Shown one piece after another: positions 37,848-47,330 of a stretch of 64,000 nt of DNA. The stretch lies in contig JBEKSX010000010.1 of assembly GCA_049516635.1 (NCBI GenBank), positions 6,541 through 70,540 on the forward strand, written 5' to 3'. Each line of letters begins with the position of its first letter. Position 1 is the stretch's first letter. The position numbers and the translations under genes are program-made. The notes below the pieces were generated by a model that worked only from the letters and a program-made list of their open reading frames with translations, was not told the DNA's origin and made no database searches. The stretch is from Ignavibacteria bacterium (GTDB lineage: Bacteria > Bacteroidota > Ignavibacteria > Tepidaquicellales > OLB5).

Positions 37848-38825
37848 TTATGAGTTTATCTTGATGAAGAAGTTAAAAGCGGTTCTAACCATATCTTCTA
37901 ATTTCGTATATTTCGGTTTCCAATTCAATAAATTCATTGCCCTGGTCGGATCAGCTACAAGTATACCAGGGTCCCCCTTTCTTCTTGATGTCACCTGTAC
38001 GTTAAATTCGATACCTGATACTTCTTTTACAGCCTTTACTACTTGATGTACGGTAAATCCTTTTCCTATTCCTAGATTTAATCGTTCACAAATAGGATTT
38101 TCTAAAAAATAAAGTCCTGCTATGTGTGCATCCACTAGATCGTTCACATGGATATAATCTCGTACACCGCTTCCATCGATTGTATTATAATTATTTCCAT
38201 AAATATAGAAAGTGTCTCTTTTCCCCAGAGCTGTGAGTATCGCCGATGGAATAGCATGAGATTCTACCTTATGCCGCTCCCCTAACTCACCTTCAGGATC
38301 TGCACCAGCAGCACAGAAATACCGAAAAGAAAGGGAATTTAAATGATATGCTTCGTAATACCATTTAAGTAATTCTTCGATTATCAATTTTGTATGACCG
38401 TAAGGATTTTTAGGTAAAGTAGGATGATTTTCATCTATCATTTCCATTATAGGTTCACCATAAACTGAAGCTGAAGAAGAAAAAATAATTTTGCCAACAC
38501 TATACTCGAGCATACATTCAAGAAGATTAATAGTACCGATGACATTATTTTCATAATATTTATGAGGTGAAACAACCGAATCCGGTACGTTTGCATAAGC
38601 GGCAAAGTGTATTACTGAATCTACTTTTTCTTGATGAAAAATCTTTTTGAGAGCCTGCTTATCTCTTAAGTCACACTGGTAAAACTTATCCGTTAAAACA
38701 GCATCTCGGAAACCTTCTTCGAGGTTATCTATAACAATAACATCACCTGATGCATACTTTTTGAGGAGTTCCTTAACACAGTGACTTCCTATATAACCTG
38801 CCCCGCCTGTAACTAAAATTTTCAT
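37848..38825 (-). CDS. galE: UDP-glucose 4-epimerase
   Basis: 325 aa with MKILVTGGAGYIGSH, SSSASVYG and YGHTKLIIE (YxxxK). Confidence 0.85.
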   Translation of the reverse strand: MKILVTGGAGYIGSHCVKELLKKYASGDVIVIDNLEEGFRDAVLTDKFYQCDLRDKQALKKIFHQEKVDSVIHFAAYANVPDSVVSPHKYYENNVIGTINLLECMLEYSVGKIIFSSSASVYGEPIMEMIDENHPTLPKNPYGHTKLIIEELLKWYYEAYHLNSLSFRYFCAAGADPEGELGERHKVESHAIPSAILTALGKRDTFYIYGNNYNTIDGSGVRDYIHVNDLVDAHIAGLYFLENPICERLNLGIGKGFTVHQVVKAVKEVSGIEFNVQVTSRRKGDPGILVADPTRAMNLLNWKPKYTKLEDMVRTAFNFFIKINS

Positions 38826-39961
38826 TTCATATCCTTATTAAACAAATAAAAAACAAAACTGAAAAAGACAATTTGGATACCCGATATTAAAAAAAATATA
38901 CTATAAATCACGAGTTTTACTTCATTAAAAGTTATAGCGGATACCTTTAACCAATGGAAAAAAATATACAACAGTAAAGCAAATCCCGCAATTGATAATA
39001 GCATACTCGTAATTATTCCCTTTTCAAAAGAAAATTTCGATTTGAACCAATTGCTAATCTTATTCTTCTTAAACTTGCTCAAATATGAAAAATTCTGCAC
39101 TAATATCCCCATTTGAATAATAAACGTGGAAATAATCGTAAGGATCAATCCGAGAAACATATAGAATGTTCCGAAATATTCACTTCCGATCATAATACCG
39201 CCTCTTATCTGTGAAATAAGAATAATGAAACCCAGCAGCCATAAAACGAAACCCAGTTTTAGAAACAAAGTCTCAGATGCCAGCATCCAAATAGTTTTCA
39301 TATTTTCCCATCCCGCTCGCCACGGTGTAAGATGGGGTTTTCGACCTTTCTGATCAGGGAATAAGCTGACAGGTACTTCGGTAATTTTCAATCCTGCAAG
39401 TTTAGCTTTAACTACCATTTCAGATGCATACTCCCAGCCAAGTGAATCAATCCCAATAATTTTTAAAGCATTGAGAGTAATCGCTCTCAATCCAGAATTG
39501 CAGTCAGAAATTCCAGTCTTATAAAAGGTATTAATAAAAAATGTAAGAAGCGGAGTTCCTATATACCTGTTCTTCCATGGCATTGCCCCTTTGTGTATGT
39601 TACCTTTCAACCTTGTACCCATAACAAAATCAAAGCCGCTATCGAGTTTATTAATAAACCTATCCAATTCCATAAAGTCGTACGTACCATCCGAATCACC
39701 CATCACAACATAATCTCCACGGATCAGCTCTATGCTACGCATGTATTGGTAACCCAGACCTACTTTCGGAACAATATGTACCTTCGCTCCAAGTTCTTTT
39801 GCAATATCTACGGTTCTGTCTGTGGAAGAAGCATCTATTAAAAGGATTTCACCGTTTACATTATGCTTCTCAAAAGATTCTTTAACTCTTCTAATCGTAT
39901 CACCTACAGTTAATTCTTCATTCAGGGAGGGCAAAACTACTGAAACGAATTTTTCAGGCAT
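38822..39961 (-). CDS. Membrane-anchored GT2 glycosyltransferase (polyprenyl-phosphate sugar synthase-like)
   Basis: 379 aa. N-terminal GT-A domain (VVLPSLNEE, LIDASSTDRT, MGDSDGTYD) followed by about 4 C-terminal TM helices, as in DPM1/ArnC/GtrB-type enzymes. 4-nt overlap with galE. Confidence 0.75.
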   Translation of the reverse strand: MPEKFVSVVLPSLNEELTVGDTIRRVKESFEKHNVNGEILLIDASSTDRTVDIAKELGAKVHIVPKVGLGYQYMRSIELIRGDYVVMGDSDGTYDFMELDRFINKLDSGFDFVMGTRLKGNIHKGAMPWKNRYIGTPLLTFFINTFYKTGISDCNSGLRAITLNALKIIGIDSLGWEYASEMVVKAKLAGLKITEVPVSLFPDQKGRKPHLTPWRAGWENMKTIWMLASETLFLKLGFVLWLLGFIILISQIRGGIMIGSEYFGTFYMFLGLILTIISTFIIQMGILVQNFSYLSKFKKNKISNWFKSKFSFEKGIITSMLLSIAGFALLLYIFFHWLKVSAITFNEVKLVIYSIFFLISGIQIVFFSFVFYLFNKDMK

Positions 39962-40714
39962 TTATACTAATTCCTTTCGAGCTGTAATAAATATTTGAGG
40001 GCCTAATTTTTTAGACCTCGGGGTTAGTAAGAATAGCAAAAATGTAAGGTTAAATAAACATTTTCCCAAAAAAGATTTACCTCGTTCCCCTTTATGAAAT
40101 TCTTTGCTAATATGCTCATTCTTCTCATATATCCATTTTTGCATATTATAAAACGGATATCCTTTTTTGAATGCGCATATCGTTCGTAATCCGATTTTGT
40201 TAAATTCTTTTTCCAGATTCTCTAATTCAAAATGGTGCAGGTGTCCATTGTCCTTATCACTTTGATAAATTTTCCCGGACTGAGTAGTCAGTATCAGATA
40301 TCCATTGTCATTTAATAGACTTGATAAATTAATTAAAGCGGTCTGCCAATTAATTAAATGCTCTATGACTTCACTGCATATTACTACATCAAATGTATGC
40401 TTATAATCTAAAATATTTTTCGAAATATCTAGTTGATCAAATTTAATACCTTCATATTTTATCGAATTCAATTCAATAACCTTTTTTGATAAATCCAAAC
40501 CCCATAATTTTTTACCGGGATAACTATTTTTAATAAGATGGACGAGGTATCCATCACCACAACCTACATCTGCAGATGAAACAAAATCTATTTTTTTTAA
40601 CTGCCTTAAGATGAATCTATTTCTCAGTTTCACCGAAGGGTGCTGAGAATGAGTAACATATTCATCCCAGTAATTTTCATAATACAATTTATTCTTTATG
40701 AAGGATTCGAGCAA
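39962..40714 (-). CDS. Class I SAM-dependent methyltransferase
   Basis: 250 aa. SAM loop DVGCGDGYL and acidic loop DVVICSEVIEH. Its stop abuts the GT2 start with 0-nt gap. Confidence 0.7.
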   Translation of the reverse strand: MLESFIKNKLYYENYWDEYVTHSQHPSVKLRNRFILRQLKKIDFVSSADVGCGDGYLVHLIKNSYPGKKLWGLDLSKKVIELNSIKYEGIKFDQLDISKNILDYKHTFDVVICSEVIEHLINWQTALINLSSLLNDNGYLILTTQSGKIYQSDKDNGHLHHFELENLEKEFNKIGLRTICAFKKGYPFYNMQKWIYEKNEHISKEFHKGERGKSFLGKCLFNLTFLLFLLTPRSKKLGPQIFITARKELV

Positions 40715-40762
40715 TTGTTCTTATTATTTGTTTCAATTTCAACTCTTTCAACTACAACTTAA

Positions 40763-41638
40763 TTATTGATTAAGTGTATTTGTATCGAAATCTCTGAATA
40801 AAATACCAGATGTCATAATATATTCAAGATCAGCATCAGGATCCTGGTTAACCAGACTAATCAAACTGTCACTTCTAAAACCTAACTTCACATGAAGTAG
40901 CTCTGCAAATTTCAATATTATCCAAATAATTTGCCATGGAAAAGGAATAAAAATACTATTACTCCCTATCGAGGAAGCTATAACCTTAAGAATATCCCTG
41001 AAAGTTTTATATTGGGGGTATGCTGCAATAATCGGTTTAGCATAGCTCGAACCATTATTGCACAAATTTAGAATAAGTTTGCACAAATCTTCTTGATGAA
41101 TAAGATAAAGTTTCTGATGTCCCAAGCCGATAAGAGGAATAACGGGAGATATAGAAATCATTTTACTTAGAGAACCTACCATACCCCGTGCATTTTTTCC
41201 AAATATTAACCCGGGGCGTATAACAACTGCTCCGTGTTTTAACGCCCTTTCCTCGATGCAAAGTTTAGACTTTCCATATAGTGATTTACAGCCACAAAAG
41301 GCACTCATTGAAGAAATATAGATAATATTTCCGACCCCAGCTGCTTTCGCAACTGAAAATAATTTTTCGGAACCGAGCACATTGACGTTATAGATATCTC
41401 TCCAATTTATGTAAGTAAAATCAAATGCACAGTGAATGAGAATATTAATTTTATTGAAAATAGCTTGATTCAAATCACCCTCAAGCGAAAAAGGAAAAGA
41501 ATCTTCATTAATATCTTTTATATCGTGTCTGTATTCATATACTTTATAACCACTTTTTCTCAAATAGTTCTTGATTGAAGTTCCCAAGTAGCCATTCGCT
41601 CCTGTTATCCCAAAGATAAGGTTTTTATCAACCACCAT
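40763..41638 (-). CDS. NAD(P)-dependent epimerase/dehydratase (extended SDR) family protein
   Basis: 291 aa. Rossmann loop GITGANGYLG and catalytic SLYGKSK (YxxxK). Confidence 0.7.
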   Translation of the reverse strand: MVVDKNLIFGITGANGYLGTSIKNYLRKSGYKVYEYRHDIKDINEDSFPFSLEGDLNQAIFNKINILIHCAFDFTYINWRDIYNVNVLGSEKLFSVAKAAGVGNIIYISSMSAFCGCKSLYGKSKLCIEERALKHGAVVIRPGLIFGKNARGMVGSLSKMISISPVIPLIGLGHQKLYLIHQEDLCKLILNLCNNGSSYAKPIIAAYPQYKTFRDILKVIASSIGSNSIFIPFPWQIIWIILKFAELLHVKLGFRSDSLISLVNQDPDADLEYIMTSGILFRDFDTNTLNQ

Positions 41639-43235
41639 AGTGTATAATATTTTTTACACTTTCTGTTGCAATCCTATGCGAGTTTGCCATTACACTTAAA
41701 GTTATCGTCGTAGCAGGTATACTGGGAAATACACTTGCGTCAACTATGTGCAATAACTTATAACCAAAAGGTCTGCCAAGCAAGTCCGATTGATATTTCA
41801 AAGGATTTTTGCTCATAGGAAAAGTTCCTCCCGAATGAAACCCTTTTCCAGGTTGCGCAATTCTAAGTAAAAACCTCAATGGTATTGCTCGTATATATTT
41901 TTTATTAACAGATAATTTTTTCAGTATTTTATTTATTGTATTCTTGACAGAATCATTTCTTATTGACGAGATAATCAATTCATTTTTTATTTCCCCGTTA
42001 ACTTGTTTTAATTTTATAGAAATCCGAGAAGAATAATCAGAGTGCAAAAAACCCTGTACTATCATTAATCTTGTTAGAAATTTACTTATTGGCAACTCGA
42101 AAAATCTATACGTGCGACCCAATACTTTTTCAACGGCTCTTTTATAAAGATCATTGTAAGTATATACCTGCAAATGGATAGTTCTATTGCTTATGAGATT
42201 GTCAAGAATTTCCATATATAGTTGTGCTAGCGTATGAAGGTCTTCCTTGACTGGGTTGCCATAACCCTTATATCTTAATAAGGGAAAGATGAAATATTGA
42301 CTATCCTTCATCTTAATCTCCTCATCGTATTCTTTCATCGATTCCAAGATAATTTTTGCAGTAGGAATTACTCCACAAGCTAAATATACGCGCTCCCCTA
42401 CGAATATTAGTTCTTGACCTGAGGTGGACGATACTGCAAGAACTCTAATAAAATTCTTTTCTTCAATTATTTTATAAACATAAACATTATTTATATAATG
42501 AAAATTATTATATTTTTGAAGTTCACTTAATGTCGAGATACTGGAATAAATCAATCGATAAGGACATCCATACATACATAATCCGCAGTAAACACATCCA
42601 TAATTCCCATTTTGTTTTCCGGAACGTACAGCAAGTCGTGAGTAACCAAATTTGAATCCAGCAGAATGTAACTTATTCTTATTCTTAATTAAATCTTCAT
42701 AAAGAAATCCTGCTTGTTTGCTTGGTTTTAGAAATTCATAATCCGATTTATATATAGGGAACTGATTTTCTAATTCATCTTTATTGGCAGAAATATTTAA
42801 AAAAGAAAGAACGGATTCATAATGAGGTTTAAAATCTTCGACTCCTATGGGCCAATCCGATATATCTTCCTGAATGTAAGGCAATATAGCAGCCCCCCAA
42901 ACGTTGCTGAATCCCCCCATGGCCAATGACGGTAATAAATCAACATTGTCGATCTTCATATTCATAAAATCGTTATCAATTCTATATGGAAAATCTGATC
43001 CGTATATATACTTATTCGAAACACCTCTTGAACTGGCCTCCATATTTTCTTTAAGATGATCTATATCTTTTTTTCCCCAGTCCTGATGATCTGTTCTGCC
43101 CATTCTCTCGACAACAGCTTTACGTTCAGTTTCTATCTCCAAACCATAATCGAGCATTGTCACATTTAATCCTTTCTTAACTAAAGCCATTGCACATGAA
43201 ATGCCTGCCGGTCCAGAGCCAATAATATAGTACAT
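41628..43235 (-). CDS. GMC-type FAD-dependent oxidoreductase with embedded CX2CX2CX3CP motif
   Basis: 535 aa. N-terminal dinucleotide loop IIGSGPAGISCA. C-terminal GMC-like GFHSGGT...HIVDASVFPSIPATTITLSVMANSHRIA. Cys motif CVYCGLCMYGCP at residues 214-225. 11-nt overlap with the SDR gene. Confidence 0.7.
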   Translation of the reverse strand: MYYIIGSGPAGISCAMALVKKGLNVTMLDYGLEIETERKAVVERMGRTDHQDWGKKDIDHLKENMEASSRGVSNKYIYGSDFPYRIDNDFMNMKIDNVDLLPSLAMGGFSNVWGAAILPYIQEDISDWPIGVEDFKPHYESVLSFLNISANKDELENQFPIYKSDYEFLKPSKQAGFLYEDLIKNKNKLHSAGFKFGYSRLAVRSGKQNGNYGCVYCGLCMYGCPYRLIYSSISTLSELQKYNNFHYINNVYVYKIIEEKNFIRVLAVSSTSGQELIFVGERVYLACGVIPTAKIILESMKEYDEEIKMKDSQYFIFPLLRYKGYGNPVKEDLHTLAQLYMEILDNLISNRTIHLQVYTYNDLYKRAVEKVLGRTYRFFELPISKFLTRLMIVQGFLHSDYSSRISIKLKQVNGEIKNELIISSIRNDSVKNTINKILKKLSVNKKYIRAIPLRFLLRIAQPGKGFHSGGTFPMSKNPLKYQSDLLGRPFGYKLLHIVDASVFPSIPATTITLSVMANSHRIATESVKNIIHYGG

Positions 43236-43453
43236 CTAAGGTATTCTGTTAAATTATTATACCGAATTTATTTACTGAATCAGTTGGAAACTAAATCCTG
43301 AGGAATTCTTTAAAATTATCTATTTTTCCAAAAATCCCAATTATTAATATCAATTATAATGATTAAATAAAAAATGATTAATTTTAGCCAATATTGTGAA
43401 CTTACAAGGTTTCCAAATACATACATTATTATTAATTCTCTCTACTTCACCTC

Positions 43454-43482
43454 TTGACAAATCAAAGTCAATATATTATATT
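43454..43482 (+). promoter_or_regulatory. Sigma-70-like promoter of the TrmB-family regulator gene
   Basis: TTGACA (43454-43459), 17-nt spacer, TATATT (43477-43482). Confidence 0.45.
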
Positions 43483-43506
43483 GCTGTAGCTTTGAACTAC
43501 TGCAAT
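43480..43506. promoter_or_regulatory. 10-7-10 imperfect inverted repeat spanning the -10 box to the ATG, candidate autoregulatory operator
   Basis: ATTGCTGTAG-CTTTGAA-CTACTGCAAT (9 of 10 complementary). It ends 2 nt before the ATG at 43508. Confidence 0.35.
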
Positions 43507-43507
43507 A

Positions 43508-44368
43508 ATGGGGAATACTAAATTAATAGAAAAACTCAGATCATTGGGTTTCAAGGAATACGAGGCAAGGGTATTCCTTGTTATGCTAAAAGGTAACCCC
43601 ATGAGTGCTTCTGAAATTGCCAAAGAAGCAAAGATCATCCGTAATTCTATCTACGATATATTAAAGTTTTTCGTTGAAAAAGGATATTGCAACGAGATAG
43701 AAACGAACACAATCCTCAATTACCAGATCATAGACCCGAAATTTATCCTCGATAAGATTGAACGAAATTATCATAATTCGTTCAAAACAAACATATCAAA
43801 TCTCAAAGATACATTTACGGAACTTCAGTCCATCTACCAAGCAAAACCTGAATTAAAAAATGATAAAGAAATTAACATTGAGCTTATCAGAGGCTTTAAT
43901 GCAAATCGCGTTTCAAAATATCTCGATATATTTAAATCATCACGATATGAAATACTCGGTATGTATACCTTCAATGGTGTGGTATCCGAAACACTCGATG
44001 AAACAGCACGAAAATTTATTAAGAATGGCGGTGTCATTCGCTCGGTCTACCAGGCTAACCTTTCATTCAAGACAATAGTTAATGGAAAAGCAGTTCCTGC
44101 ATCACACGATGATTTGATCCGAGTATGCGAGTCTTTTGAAAAATACGGCGAACAGGTCAGACTGTCACAAACAAAAATCCCTAACATAACGATTTTCGAC
44201 AAGCAGAAAATTTACATCAATATAAATGATAAGAGCCTGCCTGCACATAAAAGGGCGGATCTCATTATAGATAATCCGGACTTTGCAATACATATTGTAG
44301 ACTTATTTAATTTTTACTGGAACAGCGGATTGACAGTTGAAGAATACAAAAAAATTAATAAAACTTAA
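43508..44368 (+). CDS. TrmB-family transcriptional regulator
   Basis: 286 aa. N-terminal winged HTH LRSLGFKEYEARVFLVMLKGNPMSASEIAKEAKIIRNSIYDILKFFVEKGY, with a C-terminal effector-like domain. Confidence 0.7.
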   Translation: MGNTKLIEKLRSLGFKEYEARVFLVMLKGNPMSASEIAKEAKIIRNSIYDILKFFVEKGYCNEIETNTILNYQIIDPKFILDKIERNYHNSFKTNISNLKDTFTELQSIYQAKPELKNDKEINIELIRGFNANRVSKYLDIFKSSRYEILGMYTFNGVVSETLDETARKFIKNGGVIRSVYQANLSFKTIVNGKAVPASHDDLIRVCESFEKYGEQVRLSQTKIPNITIFDKQKIYININDKSLPAHKRADLIIDNPDFAIHIVDLFNFYWNSGLTVEEYKKINKT

Positions 44369-44405
44369 TTTAGCCGAATACAATACATCGAAAGTGAGCA
44401 ATTAA

Positions 44406-46802
44406 ATGGAAAATAAATTCCAAAATTCGCTTCTAGTGTTCTTTTTACTCCTGAATGTTGTTCTCACTCAGTCAATAGCATATTCCCAGTCAGGCTGGTT
44501 CCCCCTGCCTTCTGGCACTAATAATTCTCTTTTATCAATCTTTTTCCCAAATGTAAATACAGGATACATAGTCGGAGACCTTGGTATTTTTTCAAAGACC
44601 ACGAACGGCGGTTCAACCTGGATCAACCAGAACATTACACCGAACGTTCAGCTTAACTCGGTTTTCTTTACAGACGTGAATACCGGTTACACATGCAGCA
44701 CAGACGGTTACATTATGAAAACAATTAACGGAGGTATGAACTGGATACGCCAGGGATATACAGGAAATGGATATTTCAATTCATTGTACTTTGTTAATTC
44801 GAATACAGGCTACGCTGTTGGCTCAGAAGGAAAAATTATAAAAACAACAAACGGCGGTACAAACTGGCTTTTTATGCATTCATGTACTGATATCGCTTTG
44901 AATGCAGTTTATTTCCCGAGTACCGATGTGGGGTATGCTGTAGGAGGGATACTTAATCTTCAAGGAATTATCGTGAAAACAACTAACTCCGGAACCACCT
45001 GGTTTACTCTTCTGAATTCCGGGAAAGTTCTTAGAACGATATACTTTATAAATAATAGTACAGGCGTTACGGTCGGCGGGGATTTTGAGCGCGGCAACGT
45101 AATGCTAAAAACAACCAACGGCGGAGAAAACTGGGTTGAAGAGTTCTCCTCGCTAAATTATGGTACTTTAAATGGGGTATATTTTGTAAATGAATTAATC
45201 GGGTATTGTTCAGGTACATCCGGAATAATGAAGACTACTAATGGAGGTCAGAATTGGTTCACTCAGTATACCGTTTCATACCCGTTTTTAAACTCTCTTT
45301 TTATGTTGAACGAATCTATCGGTTACGCTGTAGGCAGTAATGGGTTCATTTTGAAGACTACGAACGGGGGTTATAAACCTTATGATACAGCAACATCAAA
45401 TTATTATCCTTTAGCAGTAGGTGATTTCTGGGTCTATGAGAACTGGTACTACCAATCCGGAGAATATCATAACGTAGGAATAACCCAAAGCAGAATTATT
45501 ACAGATACTGTACTCCATAATGGTCATAAATATTATATATTTGATCAGTCCCCCTCAATGTGCGGTCAGCTTCATGAACTTGAGAGGATCGATTCGTTGA
45601 CGATGAACGTTTATTGGTTTAATCCCCAAACCGGTGAGGAAGAATTGTATGACAGCCTGTATTCGAAACTTAATAATACATATATGGGGAAAAGGAACTG
45701 CATGAGTGACTACCCTATAATATGCTACGATACTTCGTTAATTGCACTGTTTGGTTCTACGGTGAATTCGAAAAAATTTGATACTGACGGATTAATGTTC
45801 AGTGAATACACCCTTGCTAAGAATTTTGGTTTCGTTTCCTATTACTGTACTGAAGGCAACTCATGGGGAAGAAATTTGAGGGGATGCCTTATTAACGGCA
45901 TTCTTTATGGAGATACAACGATGTACTACCAGATATCAGGACAGGTCACCTATCACGATAACAACCAGCCAGTCCCTACAGGATATGTGAAAGCATTAAT
46001 GTACGATAAGGTAACCGAGAACATTATCACCCTTGACTCAGCCAGGATAAACAACGGCCTTTATATTTTAATTCACGTACGGCAGGACAGCCTTTATATA
46101 ATGGCATATGGCGATGACGAACAGCTCGATTTCGTTCCGACTTATTATGATTCTACCATCCATTGGCAGGGTGCCCGGGCACTATACCCAACTTCGAATC
46201 TCACGAACATAAATATCAGCGTATTTAGGATAAACAATCCCGGCTCCCGATATTATATAAGCGGTAGTATTTTCTCTGTCAATAATTCTTTTACAAATGA
46301 GATTGACAATGCGATAATTTATGCAAAATCCGGTAATGATTTTAAAAACTATTCTATGAGCGATGCAAATGGCTTTTACACTGTCGATTCCCTACCTACA
46401 GGAAGCTATGAGCTTATAGCTGATAGAATAGGTTATTACAGCGATTCTAAATTCCTTGTACTGAATAATAACATGAATATGGTGAATTTTTATTTGAAGA
46501 AGTTCGCGGGTTTTTCGGGTCAAAGCTTTTTCATACCGAATAGCATTAAGCTGGAGCAGAACTATCCAAATCCTTTTAATCCTGTTACTTCTATTAAATT
46601 CGATATTCCTAAAACTGCCTACGTTACACTTGTAATTTACGATTTACTCGGCAGAGAAGTGATAAGATTGATCGATCAGCAGATGAAACCCGGATCTTAT
46701 AAAGCTGATTGGGATGCTTCGAACCTGTCCAGCGGAGTTTATTTTTATAAACTTGTTACGGGTGATTTCACTGCAACGAAAAAGATGGCTCTAATAAAAT
46801 AG
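44406..46802 (+). CDS. Ycf48/BNR-like repeat protein with CarboxypepD_reg-like domains and T9SS CTD
   Basis: 798 aa with a signal peptide. Seven or more (K)TTNGGxxW repeats. GFYTVDSLPTGSYELIADRIGYY (carboxypeptidase-regulatory-like). CTD: EQNYPNPFNPVT...SGVYFYKL...TKKMALIK. Confidence 0.8.
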   Translation: MENKFQNSLLVFFLLLNVVLTQSIAYSQSGWFPLPSGTNNSLLSIFFPNVNTGYIVGDLGIFSKTTNGGSTWINQNITPNVQLNSVFFTDVNTGYTCSTDGYIMKTINGGMNWIRQGYTGNGYFNSLYFVNSNTGYAVGSEGKIIKTTNGGTNWLFMHSCTDIALNAVYFPSTDVGYAVGGILNLQGIIVKTTNSGTTWFTLLNSGKVLRTIYFINNSTGVTVGGDFERGNVMLKTTNGGENWVEEFSSLNYGTLNGVYFVNELIGYCSGTSGIMKTTNGGQNWFTQYTVSYPFLNSLFMLNESIGYAVGSNGFILKTTNGGYKPYDTATSNYYPLAVGDFWVYENWYYQSGEYHNVGITQSRIITDTVLHNGHKYYIFDQSPSMCGQLHELERIDSLTMNVYWFNPQTGEEELYDSLYSKLNNTYMGKRNCMSDYPIICYDTSLIALFGSTVNSKKFDTDGLMFSEYTLAKNFGFVSYYCTEGNSWGRNLRGCLINGILYGDTTMYYQISGQVTYHDNNQPVPTGYVKALMYDKVTENIITLDSARINNGLYILIHVRQDSLYIMAYGDDEQLDFVPTYYDSTIHWQGARALYPTSNLTNINISVFRINNPGSRYYISGSIFSVNNSFTNEIDNAIIYAKSGNDFKNYSMSDANGFYTVDSLPTGSYELIADRIGYYSDSKFLVLNNNMNMVNFYLKKFAGFSGQSFFIPNSIKLEQNYPNPFNPVTSIKFDIPKTAYVTLVIYDLLGREVIRLIDQQMKPGSYKADWDASNLSSGVYFYKLVTGDFTATKKMALIK

Positions 46803-47101
46803 TTAATGCGCTTTACAGAATAGTTTTGCGTTCTCTGTCATATTATTATGGTACTATATGCTGATGAAGCCGATACCCGGCTAAATCTCCCGGATTATGT
46901 ATTCTGACAAATGTCAGATCTGTGAATACATCAGGATAATAATCTATCCAGATCAGGGATATTTGGCTCTTATTGATATTGTTCAAGAAATCTGAGTCAG
47001 GGGGCAAATCAGATTCGGGTATTTCTCAGCCGGATGCATAACCGACCATTTAATCACTTACATTCGACCGGCTTCATATACTGTTATCCGGTGAGCGGCA
47101 G

Positions 47102-47248
47102 ATGGTCTTTTGGAAAACCAAGAATGGGGGAATGAATTGGGATTCCGAAGGATTACTTCTGCCGCGAACCGGAAAATGCAAATACGGAAATTACAAGTTT
47201 TCGGTTGATGAAAGCAGCATTACTGAAAAGATGATCCTCTTAAAATAG
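47102..47248 (+). pseudogene. 48-codon remnant of a BNR-repeat/T9SS-CTD gene
   Basis: Own translation: MVFWKTKNGGMNWDSEGLLLPRTGKCKYGNYKFSVDESSITEKMILLK*. One TxNGGxNW repeat is joined directly to a ...EKMILLK CTD terminus. It is below the size cutoff of the ORF track. Confidence 0.4.
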
Positions 47249-47290
47249 ACTTACCTCCTATTAAAGAGAACCCCTACTGAAAGCGACGTT

Positions 47291-47330
47291 CCCCCCTCAC
47301 CGGGTCAAAGCCGAATCCGGTCGAGGGGGG
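47291..47330. repeat. GC-rich hairpin
   Basis: CCCCCCTCACCGG (47291-47303), 13-nt loop, CCGGTCGAGGGGGG (47317-47330) with one bulge. It lies 43 nt after the remnant ORF stop. Confidence 0.55.
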
